Source of the DNA: Carcharhinus amblyrhynchos
Lineage: Eukaryota
NCBI GenBank assembly: GCA_965287045.1
Contig: OZ336879.1
Location: forward strand, 64,232,001 to 64,296,000
Length of the DNA: 64,000 nt
Direction: 5' to 3'
Under the pieces are notes generated by a model. The model ran no database searches and was not told the DNA's origin. It saw only the letters and a program-made list of their open reading frames with translations. Below, one piece after another: positions 25,920 through 36,520 of this stretch. Position 1 is the first letter of the stretch. The number at the start of each line of letters is the position of its first letter. The translations under genes were made by a program, and so were the position numbers.

Positions 25920-26075
25920 GGTTTTTATCATGGTTCACTGAGTCCACATATGTATTGGCTGCCCTTGACACACACAAGTGATTTCTCTACCCCTGTCTTA
26001 TCAGCGTTTGGTTCTGTGCAACATGAATTGACCAAATGGCTGACCGAGTTACTACAGCCAGATTTGAGTAACTTC
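25920..26075 (+). mobile_element. Penelope-like reverse transcriptase remnant
   Basis: HGSLSPHMYWLPLTH..PVLSAFGSVQHELTKWLTELLQP resembles the PLE RT motif GS.P..LYGLPKxHK...RPI.S..GS....LAKWL...L.P. Confidence 0.65.
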
Positions 26076-26458
26076 TACACATACATAGATGGCGGGAAAT
26101 AGCAGAAACAGAGGTGGGGTATCAGACATCTGCACATACACTTCAATGTTGTACTCGGTGCTATATTGCAAGTTTTTAAGTGTTGTGTACTCCCAGTATA
26201 CTCATGTATCTGTGTGTGATTGTGATAAAGTGACAGAGCATAGGATGTGACCATTTGTATTCAAAAATAAGACCACTGTACTTGTTGCACCTTGTTAGAA
26301 GTTTTTATACCGTTTAGTTTGAACTACTACGGCCTTCAGCCCAACTAAACAGGCAATTTGTTCCTCTAGCTATTGTAAGGATATGGGAGGGATATTTTTA
26401 TTTGTGAGGTTTGTTCAAATCTTCATTGCCCTAGAAGTTTGATTTCAATCAACCCAGA

Positions 26459-26623
26459 GGGTGGCACAGCACCAGGTACCCAGGTTCAATTCTGGCCTTG
26501 GGTGACTGTCTGTGTAAAGTTAGCACCATCTCCCTGTGTGGGTTTTGTCCTGGTGCTCTGGTTTCCTGCCACGTTCCAAAGATGTGTTGATCAGTTGGGA
26601 TGGCTATGCCAAATTGTTCTTTA
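26459..26623 (+). mobile_element. HE1/V-type SINE, 5' part (interrupted)
   Basis: GGGTGGCACAG, GGTTCAATTCTGG, GGTTTCCTGCCACGTTCCAAAGATGTG; resumes at 29263 by comparison with the intact copy at 62023. Confidence 0.82.
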
Positions 26624-27323
26624 GGGCCTGATATTACCATCAAGTTGCGTCTATTTTTGGGTGCGAAAACTCGGTCAAGTCGGGCGTGAGGCGAAGGCCT
26701 AGAATGGCTGCTGTTGGGCTCAATGTCAATTTAAATGCATTTGCCTCCATTTAAATTGACTTAATGGGCTACGTGCTCAAACTTAGCAGCACTTCCCCCT
26801 TTACCACCGCATTCACCCATCCAGATTCAGTGAGAAACAGATTTGGGCTGCAAAGGTCTGATTTTGGCGCTCCAGCTTCTGAGAAGGTAAGTTCAGAGCT
26901 TCCGCGACTCTCTGACTCAAATTGGAGGGAGGGGGTAGGTGGCATGGAGGCAGGGCAGATGTCAGATGGCTCTCTTGTGGGAGGAAGGCATTGTCTGGTT
27001 GGGGGTGGTGGAGGGAGGTGTGTCAGATGGCTCTCTGGTGGGACGGGGGGCAGGGGGTGTCCGCTGCCACTCTGCGTGTGATCATTGGGCAGAAAGGGGA
27101 GCTAAGGTCTGTGATCGGGGAGGTGGAGGATAAGGGGGTCCGTTATGTTGTGGGAGTGGGGCAATGTCTGTGGGGTCAGGGAGGAGGCATTATCCAGCCT
27201 GGGAGTGATGTGGCAGGGGAGCATTTCTCAATTATTTTTACTGCGCATGCACTGTTGGAGGATCTGATCAGAGCTGCAGGATTCTGGGTGCGTTAAGCCC
27301 CACCCATAAGCTTCTGCAGCACA

Positions 27324-29035
27324 ATGATTGTTGGACCCTTAGAGGATGAGAGGGGGGACTTAGTGGTAGGGGATGGGGAAATGGCTGAGGTCTTGAATAA
27401 CTTTTTTGTTTCTATCTTCACAGGGGAGGATGTGAATAATTTGCCGGGTGTTAGCGATGGAAAGATGGTAGGACTGGAGGGTCTTAATGACATTACTGTT
27501 ACTAGAGAGGCGGTGCTCGACAGACTGGAGAGGCTGATCGTGGACAAGTCCCCAGGACCGGATGGAATGCATCCGAGGGTTCTGAAAGAAATGGCGGAGG
27601 TGATAGTGGATGCCTTGGTGGTTATTTTCCAAACGTCGCTGGATTCCGGGGAAGTGCCGGAAGATTGGAAAGCAGCTAATGTTACGCCATTGTTTAAGAA
27701 GGGTGCCAGGCAAAAGGCGGGGAATTATAGGCCGGTTAGTTTAACGTCCGTTGTAGGTAAAATGTTAGAATCCGTCATCAAGGAGGAAATAGCGAGGCAT
27801 CTTGAGGGGAATTGCTTGATAGAGCAGATGCAGCACGGTTTCGTTAAGGGGAAGTCGTGTCTGACAAATTTATTGGAGTTCTATGAGGATGTGTCTAGGG
27901 CGGTGGATAGAGGAGAGCCGGTGGATGTGGTCTTTCTTGATTTTCGGAAGGCGTTTGACAAGGTACCTCACAAGAGGTTATTGCAGAAGGTAAGGGGGCA
28001 TGGAGTTGGGGGTAGGGTGTTAGCGTGGATAGAGGATTGGTTGTCAAATAGGAGGCAGAGAGTGGGGGTTAATGGGTGCTATTCGGATTGGCAGTTGGTG
28101 ACTAGTGGAGTGCCCCAGGGGTCGGTGCTGGGGCCTCAGCTTTTTACCATTTATATAGATGATCTGGAGGAGGGAACCGAGTGTATGGTGTCGAAATTTG
28201 CTGATGACACCAAGATTGGTGGAACGGCAAATTGCGCGGAGGGTGTGGAGAGTCTGCAGAAGGATCTAGATAGGCTGGGCGAATGGGCCAGGAAATGGCA
28301 AATGGAATTTAATGTTGGCAAGTGCGAGGTGGTCCACTTTGGTAGGAATAATGGTAGGAAGGACTATTACTTATGTGGCGAAAACTGCAGCAGGCGACGG
28401 TGCAGAGGGACCTCAGGGTCCTTGTGCATGAGTCGCAAAAACCCAGCCTGCAGGTGCAGCAGGTGGTCAGGAAGGTGAATGGGATGCTGGCCTTCATAGT
28501 GAGGGGGATTGAATATAAAAGTAGGGAGGTCTTGCTGCGGCTGTATAGGGCATTGGTGAGGCCGCAGCTGGAGTACTGTGTGCAGTTCTGGTCGCCATAC
28601 TTACGCAAGGATATTTTGGCCTTGGAGGGAGTGCAGAGGAGGTTTACTAGGCTGATACTGGAGTTGAGGGGGTTGAGCTATGAGGAGAGGCTGAATAAAC
28701 TAGGCTTGTACTTGTTAGAGTTTAGAAGAATGAGGGGAGATCTCGTTGAGACGTATAAGATGATGAATGGGATGGATAGGATAGAGGTGGAGAGACTCTT
28801 CCCGCTCAGAAAGGATAGTAGGACTAGGGGGCACAGCCTCAAGATAAAGGGGGGGCGGTTTAGAACGGAGTTGAGGAGGAACTTCTTCACTCAAAGGGTG
28901 GTGAATCTCTGGAATTCTCTGCCCATTGAAGTGGTGGAGGCTGCCTCGCTAAATATTTTTAAGACGCGGGTTGATGGGTTTTTGATAAGAGAGGGGATTA
29001 AGGGTTATGGGGAGAGGGCGGGAATGTGGAACTGA
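27324..29035 (+). pseudogene. CR1 ORF2 reverse transcriptase, 5'-truncated, single 1-bp frameshift near 28381-28384
   Basis: KSPGPDG, NYRPVSLTS, QHGF, FLDFRKAFDKVPH, GVPQGSVLGP, FADD motifs in ORF 27324-28478; continues in ORF 28373-29035 (LYRALVRPQLEYCVQFWSP..FFTQRVVNLWNSLP). No endonuclease domain. Confidence 0.93.
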
Positions 29036-29128
29036 GCCACGACAGATCAGCCATGATCTTATTGAATGGCGGGGCAGGCTCGAAGGGCTAGATGGCCTAC
29101 TCCTGCTCCTATTTCTTATGTTCTTATG
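27330..29128 (+). mobile_element. Young 5'-truncated CR1 LINE
   Basis: RT ORF, short 3' UTR and TTCTTATG tail repeats; possible TSD ATGATT (27324-27329 / 29126-29131). Confidence 0.95.
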
Positions 29129-29262
29129 ATTCAAAATCACTGACATTTTTTCAGGCAGAGCGCATATGGGGGTGCCTGAGAACGGGTCTAAAAGTCAGAT
29201 CTGAAACACTACCAATTTCAGGTCCGCCCAGCACTTAGAATTAAAATGATAAAATCAGGCCC

Positions 29263-29419
29263 AGTATCCATTGATGTGCTGGTTAGGTGGATTAGCCATG
29301 GTAAATGCATGGGGTTACAGTGATAGCATCGGGGAGTGGGCCTAGGTAGGTGTTCTTTCGGAGGGCTGGCACAGACCCGAGGGGCCAAATGGCCTCCTTC
29401 TGCACTATTAGGATTCTAG
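29263..29419 (+). mobile_element. HE1/V-type SINE, 3' part
   Basis: GATGTGCTGGTTAGGTGGATTAG..GGGGTTAC..CAAATGGCCTCCTTCTGCACT..GGATTCTA matches the tail of the 62023 SINE. Confidence 0.82.
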
Positions 29420-30059
29420 GCTGCTAGACTTCTGGGCTTTACATCTCTCTGACCTATCAATATATCACCTAGCAGCAACTTCAAAGATTAACTATATTTC
29501 CAAAGTTGAACAAACACTATAAATATGCTATGTTCTTTCCAATCCTGTGGGCTGCCCTGGGGATTTTCAGTTCCCTTGGTAACTTATTGCTCATTAAGAG
29601 AAAATAAAGCGTTTGGCCATACTTGAAAAATTTAACCAGGACGTGCCTGTTCCTCAGAATTAAATAATCTTTTGCTTGAGACTGCGCAGGATGGTGGGAG
29701 GGATGAGGGGAGAAGGAAGGGGGTGCAGTTTAGTCCCAGCCAGGAAGGAAAGGTGTGGTGGATGCTGGTGGTTCTAGTGGGGGGATGCTGATTGTTCGGG
29801 TCTGGGGGGGATTGCTGGGCCCCACTAACTGTAAATCTGCCACTGCAGACACTCCCTCCCTTGTCAATCATTCAAATTTGTGAATTATTTCCTCTTTTAC
29901 CATTACCTGCACAGCAACGATTGGTAAAGATTCCTACACCCCTTCCCGGTTCAAAATCTCCCCAGCAGCAACTTAACCTGCATGGGAATTGGTCCCAGCT
30001 CTAACTATGTGCAATCTGTCCGATCTGTACAGGTCTTATCTCCCCAGAGCTGGTCCCAC

Positions 30060-30304
30060 ATAGCAGCACGGTGCCTCACAATGTCAGGAACCCAGGTTCG
30101 ATTCCCAGCTATGCGGAGTCTGTACATTCTCCCCGTGTCTATGTGGGTTTCCTCCAGCTGTTCTAGTTTCCTCCCACAGTCCAAAGACTTGGCGGTTAGA
30201 TGTACTGGCCATGCTAAATTCTCCCTCAGTGTGCCCGAACAGGTGCTGAAGTGTGGTGACTTCATTGTAATGTGAACCTACTCATGACACTAATAAATAA
30301 ACTT
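30060..30304 (+). mobile_element. V-type SINE
   Basis: GGTTCGATTCCC B-box, TTTCCTCCCACAGTCCAAAGAC core, tail ACACTAATAAATAAACT. Confidence 0.85.
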
Positions 30305-30319
30305 CAAACAATGTCCCAG

Positions 30320-30975
30320 GAATCCTGCTTTCCAGCTGCAGAACTCCCAGTTTCTGACCTGCCCTTGTAGCCACAGTATTTATATGGCTGGCCCAGATAA
30401 GTTTATGGTCAATGGTAGCCCTCCCAGGAAGTTGTTGATGGGGGATGTGGTGACAGTAATGTGATTGAATGTCAAGGGAAGGTTTAGATACTCTCTTGTC
30501 AGAGATGGTCATTGCTTGGCCCTTGTGCACAGATGCAGGAAGGATATTCTTGACGGTTGAGGTGTCCAAAACCAGGGATCATAATCTAAGGGTGAGGGTA
30601 AATCTTTTAAGACTGAGATGAGATAAAACTTCTTCACCCAGAGAATGGTAAGTCTGTGGAATTCATTACCACAGAAAGTAGTTGAGGCTAAAATGTTGTA
30701 TATTTTCAAGATGGAATTAGATATAGCTCTTGGTGCAAAGGGAAACAAAGGATATGGGGGTGGAGGGGGTGAAGGTGGGATCCGGTTATTGAGTTGGATG
30801 ATCAGCTATGACCATAATGAATGTCGGAGCAGGCTTGGACCAAACGGCCTACTCCTGCTCCTATTTTCTATGTTTTCTATGTGTGTCATTTGCCACTTGT
30901 CAGACTAAGCCAGAATGATGCCCAAGTCTTGTTGCATGTTGATATAGACTGCTTTGGTATCTTGAGCAGTTGCAT
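30320..30975 (-). mobile_element. CR1/L2-group LINE RT fragment, split by a CR1 3' end
   Basis: Peptide HKGQAMTISDKR..TIDHKLIWASHINTVATRAGQKLGVL; continues at ~30885-30975 (DKWQMT). Confidence 0.7.
30530..30880 (+). mobile_element. CR1 3' end (nested)
   Basis: SLWNSLPQKVVEAK..IFKMELD; GGCCTACTCCTGCTCCTAT and TTTTCTATG tail. Confidence 0.88.
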
Positions 30976-31301
30976 TTTTGCTTTGCCATAGTTTCAGAAG
31001 CACCAAAAATTATCACCTTTTGTTCACGTTCAATTATCTTTTAGATCTGCCGCTACGTCCGTGCTGTCCCCAGAGGAGCTCTGTAAGGCAATAAGACATT
31101 TTATACTTCTTATCGTGGAACAGCTTACCATGCTTTTGCCACACTTCGTATTGTTTATTATGAAGATGTAATGTATGAAGGCAAGTTTTAGAAAAAAAAA
31201 ATTGGCTTTCAACAGTTGAAATCCTAAAGTGAGAATGAACCAGGAAGTTTGTTTTCATTTAACACTCATTGAGTAGCAAAGGAATACAAAATTGAAGTCA
31301 T

Positions 31302-31438
31302 GGGCTGGAATTTTCCTTCCGTTCACACCCTGCAGCCGTTGCAGTCGAGGGCAGAGATTTTGGCGCTCAGCCAAATCTCCATTCACTACAACAGGACCAG
31401 AGGATCCCACCAGGGTGAAAGACTGGGAAATTCCAGCC
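31302..31438. mobile_element. MITE, 137 bp
   Basis: TIRs GGCTGGAATTTTCC / GGGAAATTCCAGCC. Confidence 0.7.
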
Positions 31439-32245
31439 ATGCTGTCCTGAGACAAGAGAATAGGAAATGGGAAAAAAGGCACAATTTTCAGTTAGGCAGC
31501 AGCATGCTGTAGTTACTCCCAATAGTATGTTATATTTAGAACTGGGTGCAAATGTAAAATTGGCTGAGGTACTGAAATTATTGAGCTTGCCAAGTTGATG
31601 TCTGCACCCATTACTTAGTGTCTGTGCTTCTTTCCTGCTAACAAGGGTTAGAAGGAAGCAATGAAACCAATGTTTGGTTTTCAGTTAGATATGTTTAAAA
31701 GATGTCCCTGTTTTAACACACTGGACAAAATCACAAGTCATCACATCAGCACAAGCGGAATAAAGTTTGTAATGTGTTCAGATTTTTAAGAAGTTAATCT
31801 CTTACTAATTCACATTATAGCAAATTGATATTATATAATTAAATATTAAGGGTATTCCTGCACACTGCAGAGAATAGTCCAACCACTTATTTATAGCAAA
31901 GCATCAAGGATGTAGATACTTTTAAAAATGTGATTACATTACAGCCTGTAAAATTAATCAATAATGCAATCAAATGTTAATGTTTTCCACTGAAATGTTA
32001 ACTGTCCATTTACTTTAATTGGTGGGAGTTAGATGTTCATTCACAATGTCACAGAAAGCCAACATAGATTGTATTTTCAATAATCCATGTTGTTAGAGCT
32101 GCCATTTTGCTTTGTATTTACTGGAGAGATGGAGCCTTTTGCAGGAAACCTATTTCTCAGACACTTGGGCACTTATACAACTATGGAGAATAATTTCTGA
32201 CAGCAGAATTGACGAGGTAGCTTTTATCATGACAGATTGAATTAA

Positions 32246-32467
32246 TGATCTTTTATTTAAGAAATCTAGAATTGCAGTTAAAATTATTCTCACCTGTTTA
32301 TGATCTTTTATTTAGGAAATCTGGAATTACAGTTAAAATTATTTTCACCTGTTTATGGTCTTTTATTTAGGAAATCTGGAATTACAGTTAAAATTATTTT
32401 CACCTGTTTATGGTCTTTTATTTAGGAAATCTGAAATTACAGTTAAAATTATTTTCACCTGTTTATG
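32246..32467. repeat. Minisatellite, 55 bp x 4
   Basis: Units TG(A/G)TCTTTTATTTAGGAAATCTGGAATTACAGTTAAAATTATTTTCACCTGTTTA start at 32246, 32301, 32356 and 32411. Confidence 0.95.
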
Positions 32468-33409
32468 CTGAACCATTTATCTTTTTCAAGGGACTGATGC
32501 ACAGGGTAGATTTTCTAAGTCTTTATCCACGGTAAGGAACTTTACAGACTTTGTTGGAAATCGTAGAAAACTAGCCATCGGCCTGGTCAGGGCTATGTAA
32601 GAGAATCCAAAAATTCAGACATTCCTCATGAATGATGAGGGACAGATAACACAAAGTAGAAGTGATTAGACTGGTCTCTGACTGCGATGGTAAAATGTGC
32701 ATGTCAGGTTGATAAATTAATTTGAAATTGCTTTGTGAACTTGATTTCTAAAGTGACTGTTTTTTGCTCCGGTCATCACACTCCAATCAGCAACTGATGG
32801 GGTTACAAGATGTTTCCAGCTTTCTGCAGTGTAGCAGGAAAGGGAGAGGAGATGGCAGGTATTTTGTTTTGTTCCTCCTCTTGGAGAGGTGCTTGGCTTC
32901 TGTCCAAAATTTCCTGTTTGGACCATTTTAAACCCTTTTTTCAGAGATTGCTCTGCCTCTTGTTTTCATGTTGCTCTGGGGAAAATCCCAACATAAGTGC
33001 CTTATCTTTGCCTTGAAATTTGAGAGTTTTTTTCAGCAACATGCACTGGAAATTTCTGAATGAGAAGTAAAACTTAGAGGGATGACTGCCAGCTTGCAAT
33101 CATCTATTTTAAATCACACAAAGTATCTCAGAGTTTTATGGGGACAGATGCCGCTTTCCTTTCTCAAAATCTTCATGTATTTGTTATATTAGAAACTCGT
33201 TGTTTCTGGGATTGTAGACACAATCTTATTACATCATGGGACACTGTGCTGATATGTCAATCTCTTGTGTTACACATAAAATGATTACTGTAATACCTGC
33301 GTGGACTTGTGACCAAAGTAAAACCTTTTCTTCAAGTTACCAGCAGCAGATGATGCTACATCAGTTAGTCTCCACTTTCCATTCTTAAGCTCCTGTCAAA
33401 AAAGTTGCG

Positions 33410-34395
33410 TACAGAAGAATTGGGAGCAGCAGTAGGTTACTCAGCCCCTTGGGCTGGCTCTGCTACTCTGTAATATCATGGCTGATCTGATAGTAACATC
33501 AACTCCACATTCCCTTCTGTCTTAAAAATGTTCAAAGACTGTCTTGCACTGCCTTTTGAGGGAGAGAGTTCCAAAGACTCTCAATTCTCAGAGAAAACAA
33601 TTCCCGTCTTAAGCGGACGACCGCTTATTTTTAAACGGTGACCCTAGTTTGCTCCCACAAGAGCAAACATCCTTCCACATCCACCCTGTCAAGACCTCTC
33701 AGGATCTTGAAGGTTTCAATCAAGTTGTCTCCTCATGAGGCGATCCTCCCATTCCAGGTATTAGTCTAATAAATCTTCTCTGAACTGCTTCCAATGCATT
33801 TCCCCATCCTTCTTTAAATAAGGAGCCAAAGACAGTACACAGTACTCCAGATACGGTCTCACCAATGCCCTGTATAAATGAAGCATAACTTGCTACTTTT
33901 GCAATCAATTCTTCTTGCAATAAAAGATAACATTCTATTCAGTTTATCTAATTTACTTGTTGTATCAGCATACTAATCTTTTGTGATTCAGGCATGGAAT
34001 ACCTAGATCTGCGTTTCAGAGTTCTGCAATCTCTCACCATTTAGATAATACGCTTGTTTATTCTTCCTGCCAAAATGGACGATTTCTCATTTTTCCACTT
34101 TACATTCCATTTGCCAGATCTTTGCCAACTCATTTAACCTATCTAATTCTCTTTGTATCCTCCTTATGTCCTCTTCACAACTTGCTTTCCTACCTATCTT
34201 TGTGTTACTGGAAATTTAGCAAGCAAACCTTCAATCCTTCCTTCAAGTCATTTATATACATTGTAAAAGGTTGAGACCCCAGCACTGGTCCCTGCGGCAC
34301 ACAATTCGTTACATCTTGCCAACCAGAAAGTGACCGATTTATGCCCACTCTTTATTTCGTGTGAGCTAGCCGATCTTCAATCCACGCCAATATGT
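33410..34395 (-). mobile_element. Degenerate CR1 LINE
   Basis: NALEAVQRRFIRLIPGMGG; reverse complement of the GVPQGPVLG-like motif at ~34275-34300; 3' UTR near 33415-33510. Confidence 0.88.
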
Positions 34396-36134
34396 AATTA
34401 TTTTTTAAAGTCAAATTTAACATGCAACTCAAATGCTTTTGAAAGCTTATCTGATATGATTTTACAATACCAGCCATAACTCCAGTATAAATTCTGTAAT
34501 ATTTTTGAGTGTTGTCTCACCTTTCCAAAACTGGTTTGTGTTCTGGTTGCTGATGAGCACTGAATTTAGGATCAGCCCCACACCCTACAAGTTAAAATGA
34601 ACTAAAGCAAGAATGGATGCTAGAGGATCATTTTACTGAAGTTGAAATCAACAAATGCACCTGGAATTCCACATTGGCAGTGACCAGCTTCAGACCATGA
34701 TCTGAAATCTGAAGGTGCTTGGAATTCCAATGTTCACTGCTCAGTAAACAGATACAGTCGGCGCTTCTCAATTCCACGTGTTTAAAAATGTTACTGCTGC
34801 CTTCTGCAAATAGTGAGTTTATGATGCTGCCTGCGGCATAGTGGAGTGGGTTTTAACAATGCTATGATCGGAATTACAAATACATAAGTATTTTTGATGC
34901 ATCAGTGAACAGCCTTTCAATTTTGACCTCCAGCAACTGCAACCATCTTCCTTCAGTGCTAGGGGAGAGTATTACTCAAATTTCTGGTGGATCCAAGGTG
35001 GGAGGTCAGCCAGGGGAGCATTGGAAAATGAAAACCTCAGGGTAACATAATGAGCCTTTAAACAGCAGCACAAGATTCAAAAAATTGTGTTTGTGATGAA
35101 ACTATTGAAACTTGAACCTTTTTTGAAATACAGGCAGAGTCTGCTTTTTAACTTAAAAGTCAACTTTCTCAGTAGCACAATCATTTAAAATACCTGGTTA
35201 ATGTTTACAATGTGAAAACAGCTTTGTCAGGCTTTGCATACTGTGCATAATTAGCTATGAAACCAGCAGAAAATCTTAAATTAATGATTGAAGGCAGGCA
35301 TGTTTTTTCTCATAATGTGTGCTATTCTTTATGACATAAAGAAATCTTTAATTTACAGCATAATATATTGGCTTATAGTTACTGGAGTCTTTCAAATCTG
35401 ACTATGAAATTTAAACTGTTCCTTGAATTGCAACACAAGAGTGCAATTTGTAGTCAAAAAATTCCTGTCTTAAAAGTAAGTTTTAGCCATTTGTTTGTTG
35501 TAGGGATGATCACATAGAGCATGGGGACTGCTTTTCTAACTTGAATGGTTTTGGTTCAGAAAATGCCAGAGAAGGATTCTCATTAATAATTGACCTAGAA
35601 AGAAGGGAGGGAGCTGTTGAAATTGCAAGAGTTCCTTCTGAGTTTGATGATCCAACTCCTTTTTAAATGACTTGAGACACAAATTGGACAATTACAATGA
35701 AAAACAGCCAAAGTTCCAGCTGTTACAGCAAATGTCTTTTATTTTCTGTTTTGAAATATGTTTGGTAAGAAAGCCTTTTATCAGACTAGACTGAATTATT
35801 ATTACAAGCATTGAGTAATTCAGTTGCGTTTAATCTGTTGGAATTGTTTGGTTAAATTTCATTGTGGAGAGCACAACGGGCTTGGGTGTAGGTAAAGGTT
35901 TTAAACTAGTAAAATTGATGAGGGCATTAAGAAACTGGCTTCAGTCTGCCAGCGTCTCCAGTTTTTTATTTTGGGGGTTTGCCCACAACTCCCTCAGGAG
36001 AGACAAGTTATCCATTTTCACATGTTAATTGCTCAATTAGAATGATAGTTATACATTGTTTTCATTTTAACACCAAGTCCATGGGTTGTCCAAATTTGCT
36101 AAAACTCACCAGTGAATTCAAAGCGAGTATATCT

Positions 36135-36520
36135 CAAACAACTGGCTGCAACTTGACACCTGCTAGGTTCCACTCTCCCATCATTATCATGCTTTCTGAC
36201 CTACACTGCTTCCTTGTCCCTAAATGTATCAAATGTGAAGTCATTGGCTTATCTTTAAGTCTGTCTATGGTCTCACCACCTGTATCTTTGCAACCTCTTT
36301 CTATCTCACATCTTCTGCTTTCCCAAATTTGACCTTTCATGCATCTCCTACGCTCTATACAATTTAGTGTTAGAGCCTTCAACGATCCTGATTGTACTCT
36401 CTCCTTCAATTTTCTCTGTTTTTAAAGGCCTCATTAAAACCTCTTCTCCATTCCCTACACCATTTGCTGCTTAATGAAATGTTTGAAAATGCACTTTATT
36501 AATGGAAATGATTGTTTCCT
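36135..36520 (+). mobile_element. L2 LINE 3' remnant
   Basis: SPIIIMLSDLHCFLVPKCIK resembles the L2 HITPVLxxLHWLPV motif; TTTAAAGGCCTCATTAAAACC resembles FKxLLKT. Confidence 0.55.

Larger units (their letters stand above)
26624..29262. mobile_element. Non-autonomous TIR DNA element (Harbinger-like), ~0.84 kb excluding the nested CR1
   Basis: 17-bp TIRs GGGCCTGATATTACCAT (26624-26640) and ATGATAAAATCAGGCCC (29246-29262), 15/17 match; G-rich interior. Confidence 0.75.

Noticed and set aside
26764-27296. Gly-rich ORFs
   Set aside because: By-product of the G-rich, low-complexity interior of the TIR element.
32246-32467. CRISPR-like array (also 40275-40397 and 42975-43061)
   Set aside because: These are contiguous tandem units without unique spacers, there are no cas genes, and the context is eukaryotic.
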